Shown: one piece after another, positions 45,393 to 54,277 of the stretch | How positions within the stretch are numbered: position 1 is the first letter of the stretch | Layout: each line of letters opens with the position of its first letter | Program-made: the position numbers and the translations under genes | NCBI GenBank assembly: GCA_003446605.1 | Contig: DMDF01000072.1 | Location: forward strand, 1 to 55,028 | Length of the DNA stretch: 55,028 nt | Reading direction: 5' to 3' | DNA from: Anaerolineaceae bacterium | GTDB lineage: Bacteria > Chloroflexota > Anaerolineae > Anaerolineales > Anaerolineaceae | The notes under the pieces: generated by a model | Seen by the model: only the letters and a program-made list of their open reading frames with translations | What the model was told of the DNA's origin: nothing | Databases searched by the model: none

Positions 45393-47087
45393 ATGAGGAA
45401 TTTCACAACAGTATTGCTTGACCATTATAAAGAAGATGCGGAATTCCCGGTAATAATTTTTCAAAGTGCCGGAAAGCCTGATATTCCAATTACCTATAAA
45501 GAACTGGTTGAAAAATCCTATTGCTACGCAGAAAAATATTTCAACGATGGTATTCGACCTGGTGATGTCATTGTGCTGGTCTTACAGCATAGCCTGGACC
45601 TCATCTACTCCTATTTTGGAGCTATTTTAGCTGGGGCAGTACCTTCCATGATGCCTTTTTTAACCGAAAAGCTCATCCCTGAAAAATACCAAAATGACTT
45701 TCAATCCCTTTTAACGATCATTCATCCAAAAGCTATCGTCACCTACCGTGAATTTAAAAACGAGGTTTTTGACCATTTTGATACAGCCTCGCAAGTAAAG
45801 CACATAATCCTTAGCGATGATATTGTTTTCGTGAAAAAGAAAATACCTGCAGAAATACCAGGAATATTCTGTGATGATGAAAGTGTTGCATTGTTGCAAC
45901 ACTCTTCAGGAACCACTGGTTTGCAGAAAGGGGTAGCTCTTTCACATAGAGCTGTTTTTAATCAATTGGATGGTTACATCAAAGCGATAAAGCTTGATCC
46001 AGATAAAGATGTGATTGTAAGCTGGCTACCTTTGTATCACGATATGGGATTAATAGCCTGTTTTCTCATGCCAGTTTTATACAGGACACAGGTTGTAATG
46101 ATGTCACCTTTTGAATGGGTGAGGGCTCCTTACCGTTTGTTGACAGCTATCAGCGACTATAAGGGCACTATTTGCTGGTTACCCAACTTTGCGTTTAATT
46201 TTTGTGCCAAGAAAGTACGCGATAGTCAATTAGAAGATGTGAACCTCTCTTCGATGAGAGCGCTGATTAATTGTTCAGAACCAATGCGCGATTCAAGTCA
46301 TCAGGTATTTGCAGAACGTTATGTACATTATGGATTTAATGTAGATGCTTTTGCAACAAGTTATGGAATGGCAGAGAACGTTTTCTCGGCAACCCAAGGT
46401 GGCATTGATTCTCCCATAGTAAAAGATATCATCAATCGCGATATTTTTCAAACAGAAAAAAAGGCTGTCCCCGCTACACTGGATGAACCCTCGATCGAGA
46501 TGCTTTCAACTGGAAAAGCGGTGGGAAGTGTACAAATTGCGATCCTTGATGAGAAAGATAACACTCTTAGTGATCGAGAAATTGGTGAAGTAATTATTAA
46601 AAGTAATTGTTTGTTTAATGGGTATTACAATCGACCTGACTTGACTGAAAAATGTTTTATAAATGGGTGGTTTCGTACCGGTGATTATGGTTATATGGCT
46701 GATGGAGAGTTATACATCACAGGACGGAAAAAAGATCTTATCATTGTGGGTGGCAAGAATATTTACCCACAAGATTTGGAAGCGCTAGCAATGGACGTAC
46801 CTGGAGTTCATCCCGGGCGTGCAGTAGCATTTGGTATTTTCGATGAAGATAGTGGAACGGAGGAAGTCGTGCTTATCGCAGAAGTTGATGTCGATTCTGA
46901 GGAAGAGAAAAGCACTATCAGTCGAGCAATAAAAGAAAAGGTTACTCGAAATTCAGCTATTTCCTTACGACATGTCATGCTTGTTGATGAAAAATGGTTG
47001 ATCAAGACCAGTAGTGGGAAAATGGCTCGCGCTGCGAATAAAGAAAGATATATTCGTCTAACGACGAATTCCAAAACATCAATTTGA
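45393..47087 (+). CDS. AMP-forming adenylating enzyme, fatty-acyl-AMP ligase / acyl-CoA-synthetase type
   Basis: Core motifs: LLQHSSGTTGLQKGVALSH, YGMAE, WFRTGDYGYM, GRKKDLIIVGGKNIYPQDLE, SSGKMAR. It starts 4 nt after the carrier-protein gene. Confidence 0.85.
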   Translation: MRNFTTVLLDHYKEDAEFPVIIFQSAGKPDIPITYKELVEKSYCYAEKYFNDGIRPGDVIVLVLQHSLDLIYSYFGAILAGAVPSMMPFLTEKLIPEKYQNDFQSLLTIIHPKAIVTYREFKNEVFDHFDTASQVKHIILSDDIVFVKKKIPAEIPGIFCDDESVALLQHSSGTTGLQKGVALSHRAVFNQLDGYIKAIKLDPDKDVIVSWLPLYHDMGLIACFLMPVLYRTQVVMMSPFEWVRAPYRLLTAISDYKGTICWLPNFAFNFCAKKVRDSQLEDVNLSSMRALINCSEPMRDSSHQVFAERYVHYGFNVDAFATSYGMAENVFSATQGGIDSPIVKDIINRDIFQTEKKAVPATLDEPSIEMLSTGKAVGSVQIAILDEKDNTLSDREIGEVIIKSNCLFNGYYNRPDLTEKCFINGWFRTGDYGYMADGELYITGRKKDLIIVGGKNIYPQDLEALAMDVPGVHPGRAVAFGIFDEDSGTEEVVLIAEVDVDSEEEKSTISRAIKEKVTRNSAISLRHVMLVDEKWLIKTSSGKMARAANKERYIRLTTNSKTSI

Positions 47088-47114
47088 TCAAATGGTTTTT
47101 TATTCAGAAAATCG

Positions 47115-47144
47115 TTGTATTTGATATTCTATTTTATGTAGAAT
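47115..47144 (+). promoter_or_regulatory. Candidate sigma-70 promoter (TTGTAT-18 nt-TAGAAT)
   Basis: Read directly. It lies 27 nt upstream of ATG 47171. Confidence 0.45.
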
Positions 47145-47170
47145 AATAATATTCAATCAGAAAGCATATC

Positions 47171-48430
47171 ATGCCAAATCATCCATTTAATCTACAAGAG
47201 CGGTGGAAAAAACAGCGATCGGGGAAGCAAATAATTCAACGTTATGCTTTTTATGCACTTGCCATACTGTTATTATTTGCGCTCAACTTGATTATCGCGA
47301 GAAATGTCACCGGTGGGGTAGATTTCTATGTCAAGTGGGGAAGTGCCAGGATCATGCATGATGGGGAGATGAGCGTTTACAGTAACGCAGCAAGAGATCT
47401 ACTCGTGGAAAATGCCAAAAACACCATATATTTCTCCCTATCAGATACCACGCAATTTACGACGCCCATTTATACTCTTTTTCTTTATTTCCCCTTCGCT
47501 TGGATAAATGATTTTGAATTAGCACGTGCCCTATGGATGACAATATGCTGTATCTTACTGGTTGTTGGGATACAACCGCAAGAAAAGGCAGTTTTCCAAC
47601 TCCAGACAAAAAACAATGCAACATATTTTCTGATCGCATTCCTTATCACAAATATATTTTCTGCTATTTCAATTATTTCCGGAGATACGTTAATAATTGC
47701 TTTAACCCTTGTCTTGATATCACTCAAGCATGCTCGAAAGGGAAATTATGAGCTGGCGGGAATTTTCTGCGGTCTGGCAACCATTCAACCGGTGCTGGCA
47801 ATTGTATGGGTCATTTTATTGGGGATTGTTAGCATTCGAGAAGGGAATTGGGGAGTGGTGGTTTGGTTTATCATTTCATCAGTTCTGCTTGTCTTTTCAG
47901 GTTTTATTCTTCAAGCGGGTTGGACTGTGGAATATTTGCAGACAATCATACTTGCGATACGGAAAATTCCGGAAATTTTACAGTTCAATTCTCGTAATAT
48001 AAACCAGATTCTACGGTTAACGATCCCGCTCATAATTCTCATTGTAGAGTGGGTTCGAACGGTATCGCGGGTGGATCGCCCGCAAACAAATATCTGGTTG
48101 TTTAATCTCAGCCTAATTCTATTTGCTATAGGGGTGGCTCCCCTAAAACCTGAAGCTTTTGTTTTGACAATACCAGCCTGGGTCGAGATTTTTGATGAAT
48201 GGAATAAACGACAAAACAACAGCGCTAAAGTGATTGGATATATCAACCTAAGCGTTTATATATTATTCACTATTTTATTTATATTTGTAAAACCAGCCAC
48301 AATAGTGAACCAGCAAGCGATTTCAGATACGTTGCTTTCACTATCTTCAGTGCATGTGTTGTTCAATATGTACTGGATACGAGGATGGCTAAAACAGGAA
48401 GATTTGAAGAATTACATAGAACCAGCGTGA
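47171..48430 (+). CDS. Polytopic membrane protein, GT-C fold / GT87 (DUF2029)-like glycosyltransferase candidate
   Basis: It has about 11 predicted TM helices. The first loop motif is GGVDFYVKWGSARIMHDGEMSVY, which resembles the D-x-x-Y...G..(L/V)Y motif of DUF2029 proteins. Confidence 0.45.
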   Translation: MPNHPFNLQERWKKQRSGKQIIQRYAFYALAILLLFALNLIIARNVTGGVDFYVKWGSARIMHDGEMSVYSNAARDLLVENAKNTIYFSLSDTTQFTTPIYTLFLYFPFAWINDFELARALWMTICCILLVVGIQPQEKAVFQLQTKNNATYFLIAFLITNIFSAISIISGDTLIIALTLVLISLKHARKGNYELAGIFCGLATIQPVLAIVWVILLGIVSIREGNWGVVVWFIISSVLLVFSGFILQAGWTVEYLQTIILAIRKIPEILQFNSRNINQILRLTIPLIILIVEWVRTVSRVDRPQTNIWLFNLSLILFAIGVAPLKPEAFVLTIPAWVEIFDEWNKRQNNSAKVIGYINLSVYILFTILFIFVKPATIVNQQAISDTLLSLSSVHVLFNMYWIRGWLKQEDLKNYIEPA

Positions 48431-48493
48431 TAGATATCTAATTTATGCTATACTTTTTCCGGTTAATCTCAACACAGATTTATGGAGGAAGGT

Positions 48494-49660
48494 ATGGCAA
48501 AAACTATTGGGATTTTGACTGGGGGGGGTGATGTACCAGGTCTGAATCCGGCGATGAAAATGGTGGTACTCAACGCACTCGAAGAGGGATATCGGGTAAT
48601 GGGAATTCGCCGTGGGTGGATGGGATTGTTGAATTATGATTTTGACGAACCATCCACACACGAATATTACGTCAACGAATTGGATGAGATTGATGTTCGC
48701 AAGATAGATCGGAATGGTGGTACATTTTTACACACATCCCGAACGAATCCCCAAAAAGTCAAGTACCAGGATATCCCGGATTTCCTGAGAGATTCCCCTC
48801 TGGGAGAAAATCTTGAAAATGGTACATACGATTTTACGAAGCATATCCTGCAAGTGCTGGATCATCTCAATATTGATGTTTTGGTGACCATCGGTGGGGA
48901 TGACACATTGAGCTATTCAGCAAGATTGACGAAAGAAGGCTTCCCGACTGTTGGTATTCCAAAAACCATGGATAATGATGTATACGGTACTGATTACTGT
49001 ATCGGTTTTTCAACGGCAGTCACCCGTAGCGTAGAACTGATCACCAATATGCGCACATCGCTTGGATCCCATGAGCGTATAGGTGTTGTGGAATTATTTG
49101 GGCGAAATTCAGGTGAAACCAGCCTGATTAGTGCTTATCTTGCACATGTTGACCGAGCAATTATCTCCGAAGTGCCATTTGATATAGAAAAATTGGCAAA
49201 TATGTTGCTTGAAGATAAACGCTACAGCCCTTCAAATTATTCAATCATGACCGTTTCTGAAGGCGCCACTTTTAAAGGTGGTGAGATTATCGAAACCGGA
49301 GAAACGGATGCTTATGGACATAGGAAATTAGGTGGTATTGGTGAGATCATCTCCGAAGAGATCAAACGTATCACCGGTCAGCATACCATGTATCAAAAAT
49401 TAGGTTATTTGATGCGCTCAGGACCACCTGACTCTCTGGATAGAATGGTTGCCATGAGTTTTGGCACTCTTGCATTCCAGATGATCAAAAATAACGAATT
49501 TGGGAAGATGACAGCGCTTAAAGACGGAAAATATGCAACATTCCCGCTTGAACAGGTTACATCGGGTAAGAAAATCGTGGATGTTGATTCTTACTACGAT
49601 ACAGAAAATTATAAACCACGCGTGAATAATGTCCTGGGGCACCCTATGTTCCTCAGATAA
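48494..49660 (+). CDS. pfp: 6-phosphofructokinase, pyrophosphate-dependent-type signature
   Basis: GGAGG precedes ATG 48494. Motifs: [21 protein letters not shown] (Asp where ATP-PFKs have Gly), PKTMDND (Lys where ATP-PFKs have Gly). Confidence 0.85.
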   Translation: MAKTIGILTGGGDVPGLNPAMKMVVLNALEEGYRVMGIRRGWMGLLNYDFDEPSTHEYYVNELDEIDVRKIDRNGGTFLHTSRTNPQKVKYQDIPDFLRDSPLGENLENGTYDFTKHILQVLDHLNIDVLVTIGGDDTLSYSARLTKEGFPTVGIPKTMDNDVYGTDYCIGFSTAVTRSVELITNMRTSLGSHERIGVVELFGRNSGETSLISAYLAHVDRAIISEVPFDIEKLANMLLEDKRYSPSNYSIMTVSEGATFKGGEIIETGETDAYGHRKLGGIGEIISEEIKRITGQHTMYQKLGYLMRSGPPDSLDRMVAMSFGTLAFQMIKNNEFGKMTALKDGKYATFPLEQVTSGKKIVDVDSYYDTENYKPRVNNVLGHPMFLR

Positions 49661-49669
49661 AAAAACTAG

Positions 49670-49692
49670 AGGCGGGCAAAAAAACGCCTTTT
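49670..49692 (+). terminator. Weak hairpin plus T-tract after pfp
   Basis: The sequence is aggcg-ggcaaaaaaa-cgcct followed by ttt. The stem is only 5 bp. Confidence 0.3.
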
Positions 49693-49702
49693 ACTAAAAA
49701 AC

Positions 49703-50200
49703 ATGGAAGAACAAGTAACAAATCGCCCCGACACCTTTACAGTGATTCCCAGAGTGTTGGCTTTCATTGAGAGAGATGATGAAATATTACTCATCAAGAG
49801 ATTCAAAAAAGATGCCTTTGCGTACCAAAAATTGAATGGAGTAGGGGGGCACATTGAAAAAGGGGAAGATCCACTTACAGCAATTCGTAGGGAAGTACTG
49901 GAAGAATGCGGATTGGTCATCAATAACTTTGCATTACATGCCGTAATTTTCATAGATATTGAGAGCAACCCGGGGATCACTATATTTGTTTTTTCTGCTG
50001 ATTACACGGGTGGTAAAGTACGACCCTCCGAAGAGGGGGATTTAGTATGGGTAAAAAGAAGTGACATATACAGAAAACCAGTTGTCAAAGATGTACCCAT
50101 GCTATTGAAAATGATTGAAGAATCCAAAAAGGATGGACAGATCAAATATTTGCAATATATCTATACAGAGAAAGAATTATCCATACGGAAGATCACCTAA
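49703..50200 (+). CDS. NUDIX hydrolase
   Basis: Complete Nudix box: GGHIEKGEDPLTAIRREVLEECGL. Confidence 0.85.
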   Translation: MEEQVTNRPDTFTVIPRVLAFIERDDEILLIKRFKKDAFAYQKLNGVGGHIEKGEDPLTAIRREVLEECGLVINNFALHAVIFIDIESNPGITIFVFSADYTGGKVRPSEEGDLVWVKRSDIYRKPVVKDVPMLLKMIEESKKDGQIKYLQYIYTEKELSIRKIT

Positions 50201-50755
50201 ACAACGTTGATAAAATATCAATAATGTACTTCCGTACGAGCGCGTGTCAAATAGCTCCAGATGTACCAAGTCAATTGTTTTATTTTCGACCGGATGGATT
50301 TGGACAATCACCCAGCCATCATTACTTAGGATAGAAATATTTTTATCGACCAGATGCAAGGCTTTTTCCCACAGCCCCATATACTGTGGGGGAGCGATGA
50401 AAATATAGTCAAAACCAGTAGCTTGTTTTTTCTGCAAAAAACTAAAAGCATCCCCCATGATTGCCTGTGCTTTTTGCTCGACATTGCAATAGGATAGATT
50501 ATATTTTAATATTTGAAAAGCGCTTCGATTTTTTTCAATAAAACAAGCCGATGCAGCTCCGCGGCTTAATGCTTCAATTCCAACACTCCCGGTTCCCCCA
50601 AAGAGATCCAAAAAAGTCGCATTCTGAATGTCATTTCCCAAAATATTGAATAAGGCTTCTTTTACACGGTCAGTGATGGGTCGTGTGGAATTTCCAGGTA
50701 CGGATTTTAACCGCAACCCTTTGGCTGTTCCTGAGATGATCCGGGGAGAGGACAT
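50177..50755 (-). CDS. rsmD: RsmD-family (COG0742) SAM-dependent methyltransferase
   Basis: SAM motif: FLDLFGGTGSVGIEALSRGA. Motif IV reads FIAPPQY rather than (D/N)PP(Y/F). Confidence 0.75.
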   Translation of the reverse strand: MSSPRIISGTAKGLRLKSVPGNSTRPITDRVKEALFNILGNDIQNATFLDLFGGTGSVGIEALSRGAASACFIEKNRSAFQILKYNLSYCNVEQKAQAIMGDAFSFLQKKQATGFDYIFIAPPQYMGLWEKALHLVDKNISILSNDGWVIVQIHPVENKTIDLVHLELFDTRSYGSTLLIFYQRCLGDLPYG

Positions 50756-50769
50756 ATGATGATCCTATA

Positions 50770-51216
50770 TCACTTGATGCCTTTGTATGTCCAAAAACGA
50801 TTTGCAAAGTAATTCCAGAAAAGCACCACAATGATAGCTATTGCCAGCGAAACATTGTGCCCGATGGTTACAGGGCTAAGGGGAAAATCGGAACTTAGCG
50901 ATTGTTCCGCGAGCGTGATGATTGGATTTTCAAGATAAGCGAACAGTGGAGTACGAATGATAAGACCTATAACACTGATAATACTAAACTTCACTAATTG
51001 TTGACTAATTGGTATAGATTTTGATTCTGGATAGGTCCAATTGCGATTCCATATAAAATTATTGATCACTGCTATTGAAAAGGAACAGACGCTGGCTTCA
51101 ATTGACTCAAAATGAAATAAGTTGATACATAAGTTAAATATCGCAAAATCGACCACGGTTCCGCTCAAACCAACCAGAGCAAATTTAAGGAACCGTTTTG
51201 GTTTTGTGTTTTTCAA
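50770..51216 (-). CDS. GtrA-family membrane protein
   Basis: 148 aa with 4 TM helices. N-terminal [21 protein letters not shown]-terminal [10 protein letters not shown]. Confidence 0.8.
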   Translation of the reverse strand: MKNTKPKRFLKFALVGLSGTVVDFAIFNLCINLFHFESIEASVCSFSIAVINNFIWNRNWTYPESKSIPISQQLVKFSIISVIGLIIRTPLFAYLENPIITLAEQSLSSDFPLSPVTIGHNVSLAIAIIVVLFWNYFANRFWTYKGIK

Positions 51217-52178
51217 TTGCCCTCCTGCTTGATCTTTTGTTTGAAATAGGGAATTGTTCTATCGAGTCCTTCTATCAAATCAATGGTCGGGTTCCACCCG
51301 AGCATCTCTTTTGCACGAGTGATATCGGGTTGACGGCGATAGGGATCTTTCCCCGCCACCTTGTTCTTGAGGTGTACAACGCCTGCTTGATTATCAAATA
51401 TTTGATTGATGGTTTTTGCTAATTCATTGATGGTAATTTCTTGTGGGTTTCCAATATTAACCGGTTCGTGAATATCAGAATTCAATAAACGTATGATCCC
51501 ATCAACAAGGTCATCCACATAACAAAAACTGCGTGTTTGGTAACCATTTCCATAAACCGTCAATGATTCTTTTTTAATGGCTTGCAGTAAAAAATTGGGG
51601 ATTGCACGCCCATCATCTAAGCGCATGCGTGGACCATAAGTATTAAAGATACGGACAATACCTGTATTGATATCATGATAGCGGTGATATGCCATGGTAA
51701 GCGCTTCGGCAAAACGTTTGGCTTCGTCATAAACAGAACGCAGCCCAATAGGATCGACATTCCCCCAATAGGTTTCTTTTTGAGGATGTTCAACCGGGTC
51801 TCCATAGATCTCAGAAGTGGATGCCAAGATATAGCGCGCTCCAAAGGCACGAGCCACCCCTAAGGTATTATGGGTGCCCAGAGCCCCTGCTTTCATGGTT
51901 TGTATGGGGAGATTCGGGAAACCGTATGGGGAGTCTGGATTGGGACTGGCAGGAGAAGCAAAATGAAGAACAGCATCCACTTTTTCAGGCATAACGATGA
52001 AGTTGGAGACATCGTGTAAAATAAATGTGAAGTTATTGTTTCCTGTTAGATGGGCTATATTATCAGGACTGCCGGTGATGAAATTATCCATGGCATAGAT
52101 GTAATGCCCTGAATCAAGAAGCACATCGCAAAGATGCGATCCAATAAAACCTGCTGCGCCTGTAATCAATATTTTCAT
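51213..52178 (-). CDS. UDP-glucuronate decarboxylase (UDP-xylose synthase)-like SDR
   Basis: [16 protein letters not shown], the catalytic YDEAKRFAE, and [11 protein letters not shown]. It overlaps gtrA by 4 nt. Confidence 0.8.
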   Translation of the reverse strand: MKILITGAAGFIGSHLCDVLLDSGHYIYAMDNFITGSPDNIAHLTGNNNFTFILHDVSNFIVMPEKVDAVLHFASPASPNPDSPYGFPNLPIQTMKAGALGTHNTLGVARAFGARYILASTSEIYGDPVEHPQKETYWGNVDPIGLRSVYDEAKRFAEALTMAYHRYHDINTGIVRIFNTYGPRMRLDDGRAIPNFLLQAIKKESLTVYGNGYQTRSFCYVDDLVDGIIRLLNSDIHEPVNIGNPQEITINELAKTINQIFDNQAGVVHLKNKVAGKDPYRRQPDITRAKEMLGWNPTIDLIEGLDRTIPYFKQKIKQEGN

Positions 52179-52251
52179 AGGTATGTAGATTTGATTCCTG
52201 TATCCTAATCTCAGTTATAATGTCTATCTTGAATGAACAAAGAATTATAGC

Positions 52252-52824
52252 ATGGGAAAAGATAATATGGACGAAGCGAGAACAAAAAATAAAAATATAA
52301 TTGAAGCTATTTTATTTATATCGTCCGGTTCTATACCCTTAGATCAGCTATCAAAGTTCCTGGAGCTTCCAACATCAGATATTCTTTCTCTGATTACTGA
52401 AATGAATGAAGAATATACTGGGAGCCATGGTTTGAGGATTATGTTGCACAATCAAAGGGTGCAGTTGACTACCGATCCCAAATTAGCACTTGAGTTGGAG
52501 GAATTTCTAGGTCTTGAGATCACTACCACATTGAGTCGAGCTGCGTTGGAGACGATTGCCATTATTGCTTATAAACAACCAATAACGCGACCGCAAATTG
52601 ATGAGATTCGGGGTGTGAACAGCGATGGCGTTGTACGTACACTCCTCAGTAAAGGGCTTATTCAAGAAGAGGGTAGAGCAGAAAGTATTGGAAAACCCAT
52701 CCTGTATGGTACAACGGAGGACTTTTTACATTATTTTGGACTCCAATCCATTAAGGAAATGCCAGAAATTGAATTAATTTCAGGTGCAGGTGGTAAACCG
52801 AGCACCACTATTTTGAAACAATAG
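52252..52824 (+). CDS. scpB: Segregation and condensation protein B
   Basis: IEAILFISSGSIPLDQL..., LETIAIIAYKQPITRPQIDEIRGVNSDGVVRTLLSKGLI. Confidence 0.9.
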   Translation: MGKDNMDEARTKNKNIIEAILFISSGSIPLDQLSKFLELPTSDILSLITEMNEEYTGSHGLRIMLHNQRVQLTTDPKLALELEEFLGLEITTTLSRAALETIAIIAYKQPITRPQIDEIRGVNSDGVVRTLLSKGLIQEEGRAESIGKPILYGTTEDFLHYFGLQSIKEMPEIELISGAGGKPSTTILKQ

Positions 52825-52825
52825 A

Positions 52826-53542
52826 GTGCCTATGGAAGAGCGATTACAAAAGATACTTTCTCGTTACGGATATGGTTCTCGGAGAGAATCAGAAAAGTTA
52901 ATCCAGGATAGAAAAGTATCTGTAAATGGGAAAATTGCTGAGTTAGGGCAAAAAGCAGATATAGAAAGAGACGCCATTAAAGTCGGTAGTCGCCTGTTAC
53001 AACCAACTCAGCAAAAGATGATTTATATTGCGTTTCACAAACCACGCGGTGTACTTTCTGATATTGTAAAAACACGTGAAGAAAAGATCGTTCGAGATTA
53101 TATTGATATTCCCGAACATATCTTCATTGTGGGGCGCTTGGATAAAGACAGTGAAGGGTTGATGCTGCTCACAAATGACGGTAATCTTGCAAATATTTTG
53201 ACACATCCACGTTATCAGCACGAAAAAGAATATCAGGTATTGTTAAATCGCACACCGGATGAAAAACAACTTAACGCATGGAGAAATGGAGTCGTTCTTG
53301 AGGATGGGTCACGAACCGGAAAAGCTAAAATCGATATATTGCGCATAGATGTTAAGGGCTGCTGGGTCAATGTCACTCTCAAAGAAGGTCGTAAGCGACA
53401 AATCCGTGAAACTGCAGCACGCATCGGATTGTATGTAAAAAGGATTATTCGTGTAAGAATAAGCACACTTGAACTTGGGAATCTGCCAAAAGGGAAGTGG
53501 AGATACCTAACAGAAAAAGAAATAAAAGAATTGAAAAGCTGA
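52826..53542 (+). CDS. rluB: RsuA/RluB-family pseudouridine synthase with S4 domain
   Basis: S4 domain: RLQKILSRYGYGSRRESEKLIQDRKVSVNGK. Catalytic motif: VGRLDKDSEGLMLLTNDG. It also has GRKRQIR. Confidence 0.9.
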   Translation: MPMEERLQKILSRYGYGSRRESEKLIQDRKVSVNGKIAELGQKADIERDAIKVGSRLLQPTQQKMIYIAFHKPRGVLSDIVKTREEKIVRDYIDIPEHIFIVGRLDKDSEGLMLLTNDGNLANILTHPRYQHEKEYQVLLNRTPDEKQLNAWRNGVVLEDGSRTGKAKIDILRIDVKGCWVNVTLKEGRKRQIRETAARIGLYVKRIIRVRISTLELGNLPKGKWRYLTEKEIKELKS

Positions 53543-53561
53543 CTTGCTCATGCAAGTCAGC
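53538..53561. terminator. Perfect 10-bp hairpin at the rluB stop (terminator between convergent genes)
   Basis: The sequence is gctgacttgc-tcat-gcaagtcagc followed by tttctct. It overlaps the TGA at 53540-53542. Confidence 0.65.
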
Positions 53562-53566
53562 TTTCT

Positions 53567-54268
53567 CTATTGTTGTTCAGGCAGTTGAGCTGTAATTTTC
53601 TCAACCTCTTCAACCGGGAAATTTGTATTTTTTGCAGTTTTACGAATAAAATCTTTCAACTTCTCGGAGGTGAGAAGCACTTCGTGATATTTTGAAGCAT
53701 CCAGAACAACATCTTCGCTGATAAAAACATTCACGATATTCACTTCTGGAAGAGGTGTCACCCCTTGTTTCTCAAAATAAGTATTTAATTTAGCTTTAAT
53801 AACTTCAGATTCTCTATCAATATTACCGATCCCTTCATTGGCAAATATCTTAGTTATAAAACTACCGCCACCTTTTTGTTTAAGGACATTCTTTTTTTCG
53901 TCAAGATATATTTTCCCACTCTGATGATAAGTTTTTATAATCCACACACCAGCGGGACCTACCAGAAGATGAGGGATAGCTGTGGTGTAGATGTACAAAG
54001 TAAATTGATTATCCAACCCTTTCAGTGATTGGGTAACAACTTCATCAGGGCGAGGAGAACGGCTCCACCTATTGCCCATCGTAATGGATATCTGAACTAA
54101 GATATACGAAGGGATAAGAAAAAGATAAGCAGTACCGATATCCTCCGCGGTGTTATTAGTAAAAGTGATATAGATACCGACTACCAAGCAGATTAAAGCT
54201 GCATAAAGAATGTATTGACTGATTTTTGCATTACGAGTAATGAGTTTATCGTTACGTATAATTTTCAT
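53567..54268 (-). CDS. Membrane protein with NERD-like (nuclease-related) domain
   Basis: It has two N-terminal TM helices. Then IPHLLVGPAGVWIIKTYHQSGKI resembles the NERD core (D/H)HL(V/I)(V/I)GPxG(V/I)(F/W)(V/I)IExK. Confidence 0.45.
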   Translation of the reverse strand: MKIIRNDKLITRNAKISQYILYAALICLVVGIYITFTNNTAEDIGTAYLFLIPSYILVQISITMGNRWSRSPRPDEVVTQSLKGLDNQFTLYIYTTAIPHLLVGPAGVWIIKTYHQSGKIYLDEKKNVLKQKGGGSFITKIFANEGIGNIDRESEVIKAKLNTYFEKQGVTPLPEVNIVNVFISEDVVLDASKYHEVLLTSEKLKDFIRKTAKNTNFPVEEVEKITAQLPEQQ

Positions 54269-54277
54269 AATATTTTC

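Noticed and set aside
47082-47093. The 12-nt palindrome ATTTGATCAAAT overlapping the ligase stop codon, followed by a T-run, as the operon terminator.
   Set aside because: It is AT-only, leaves no loop, and would form only a very weak hairpin. It may still contribute to termination, but it is not supportable as a terminator call.
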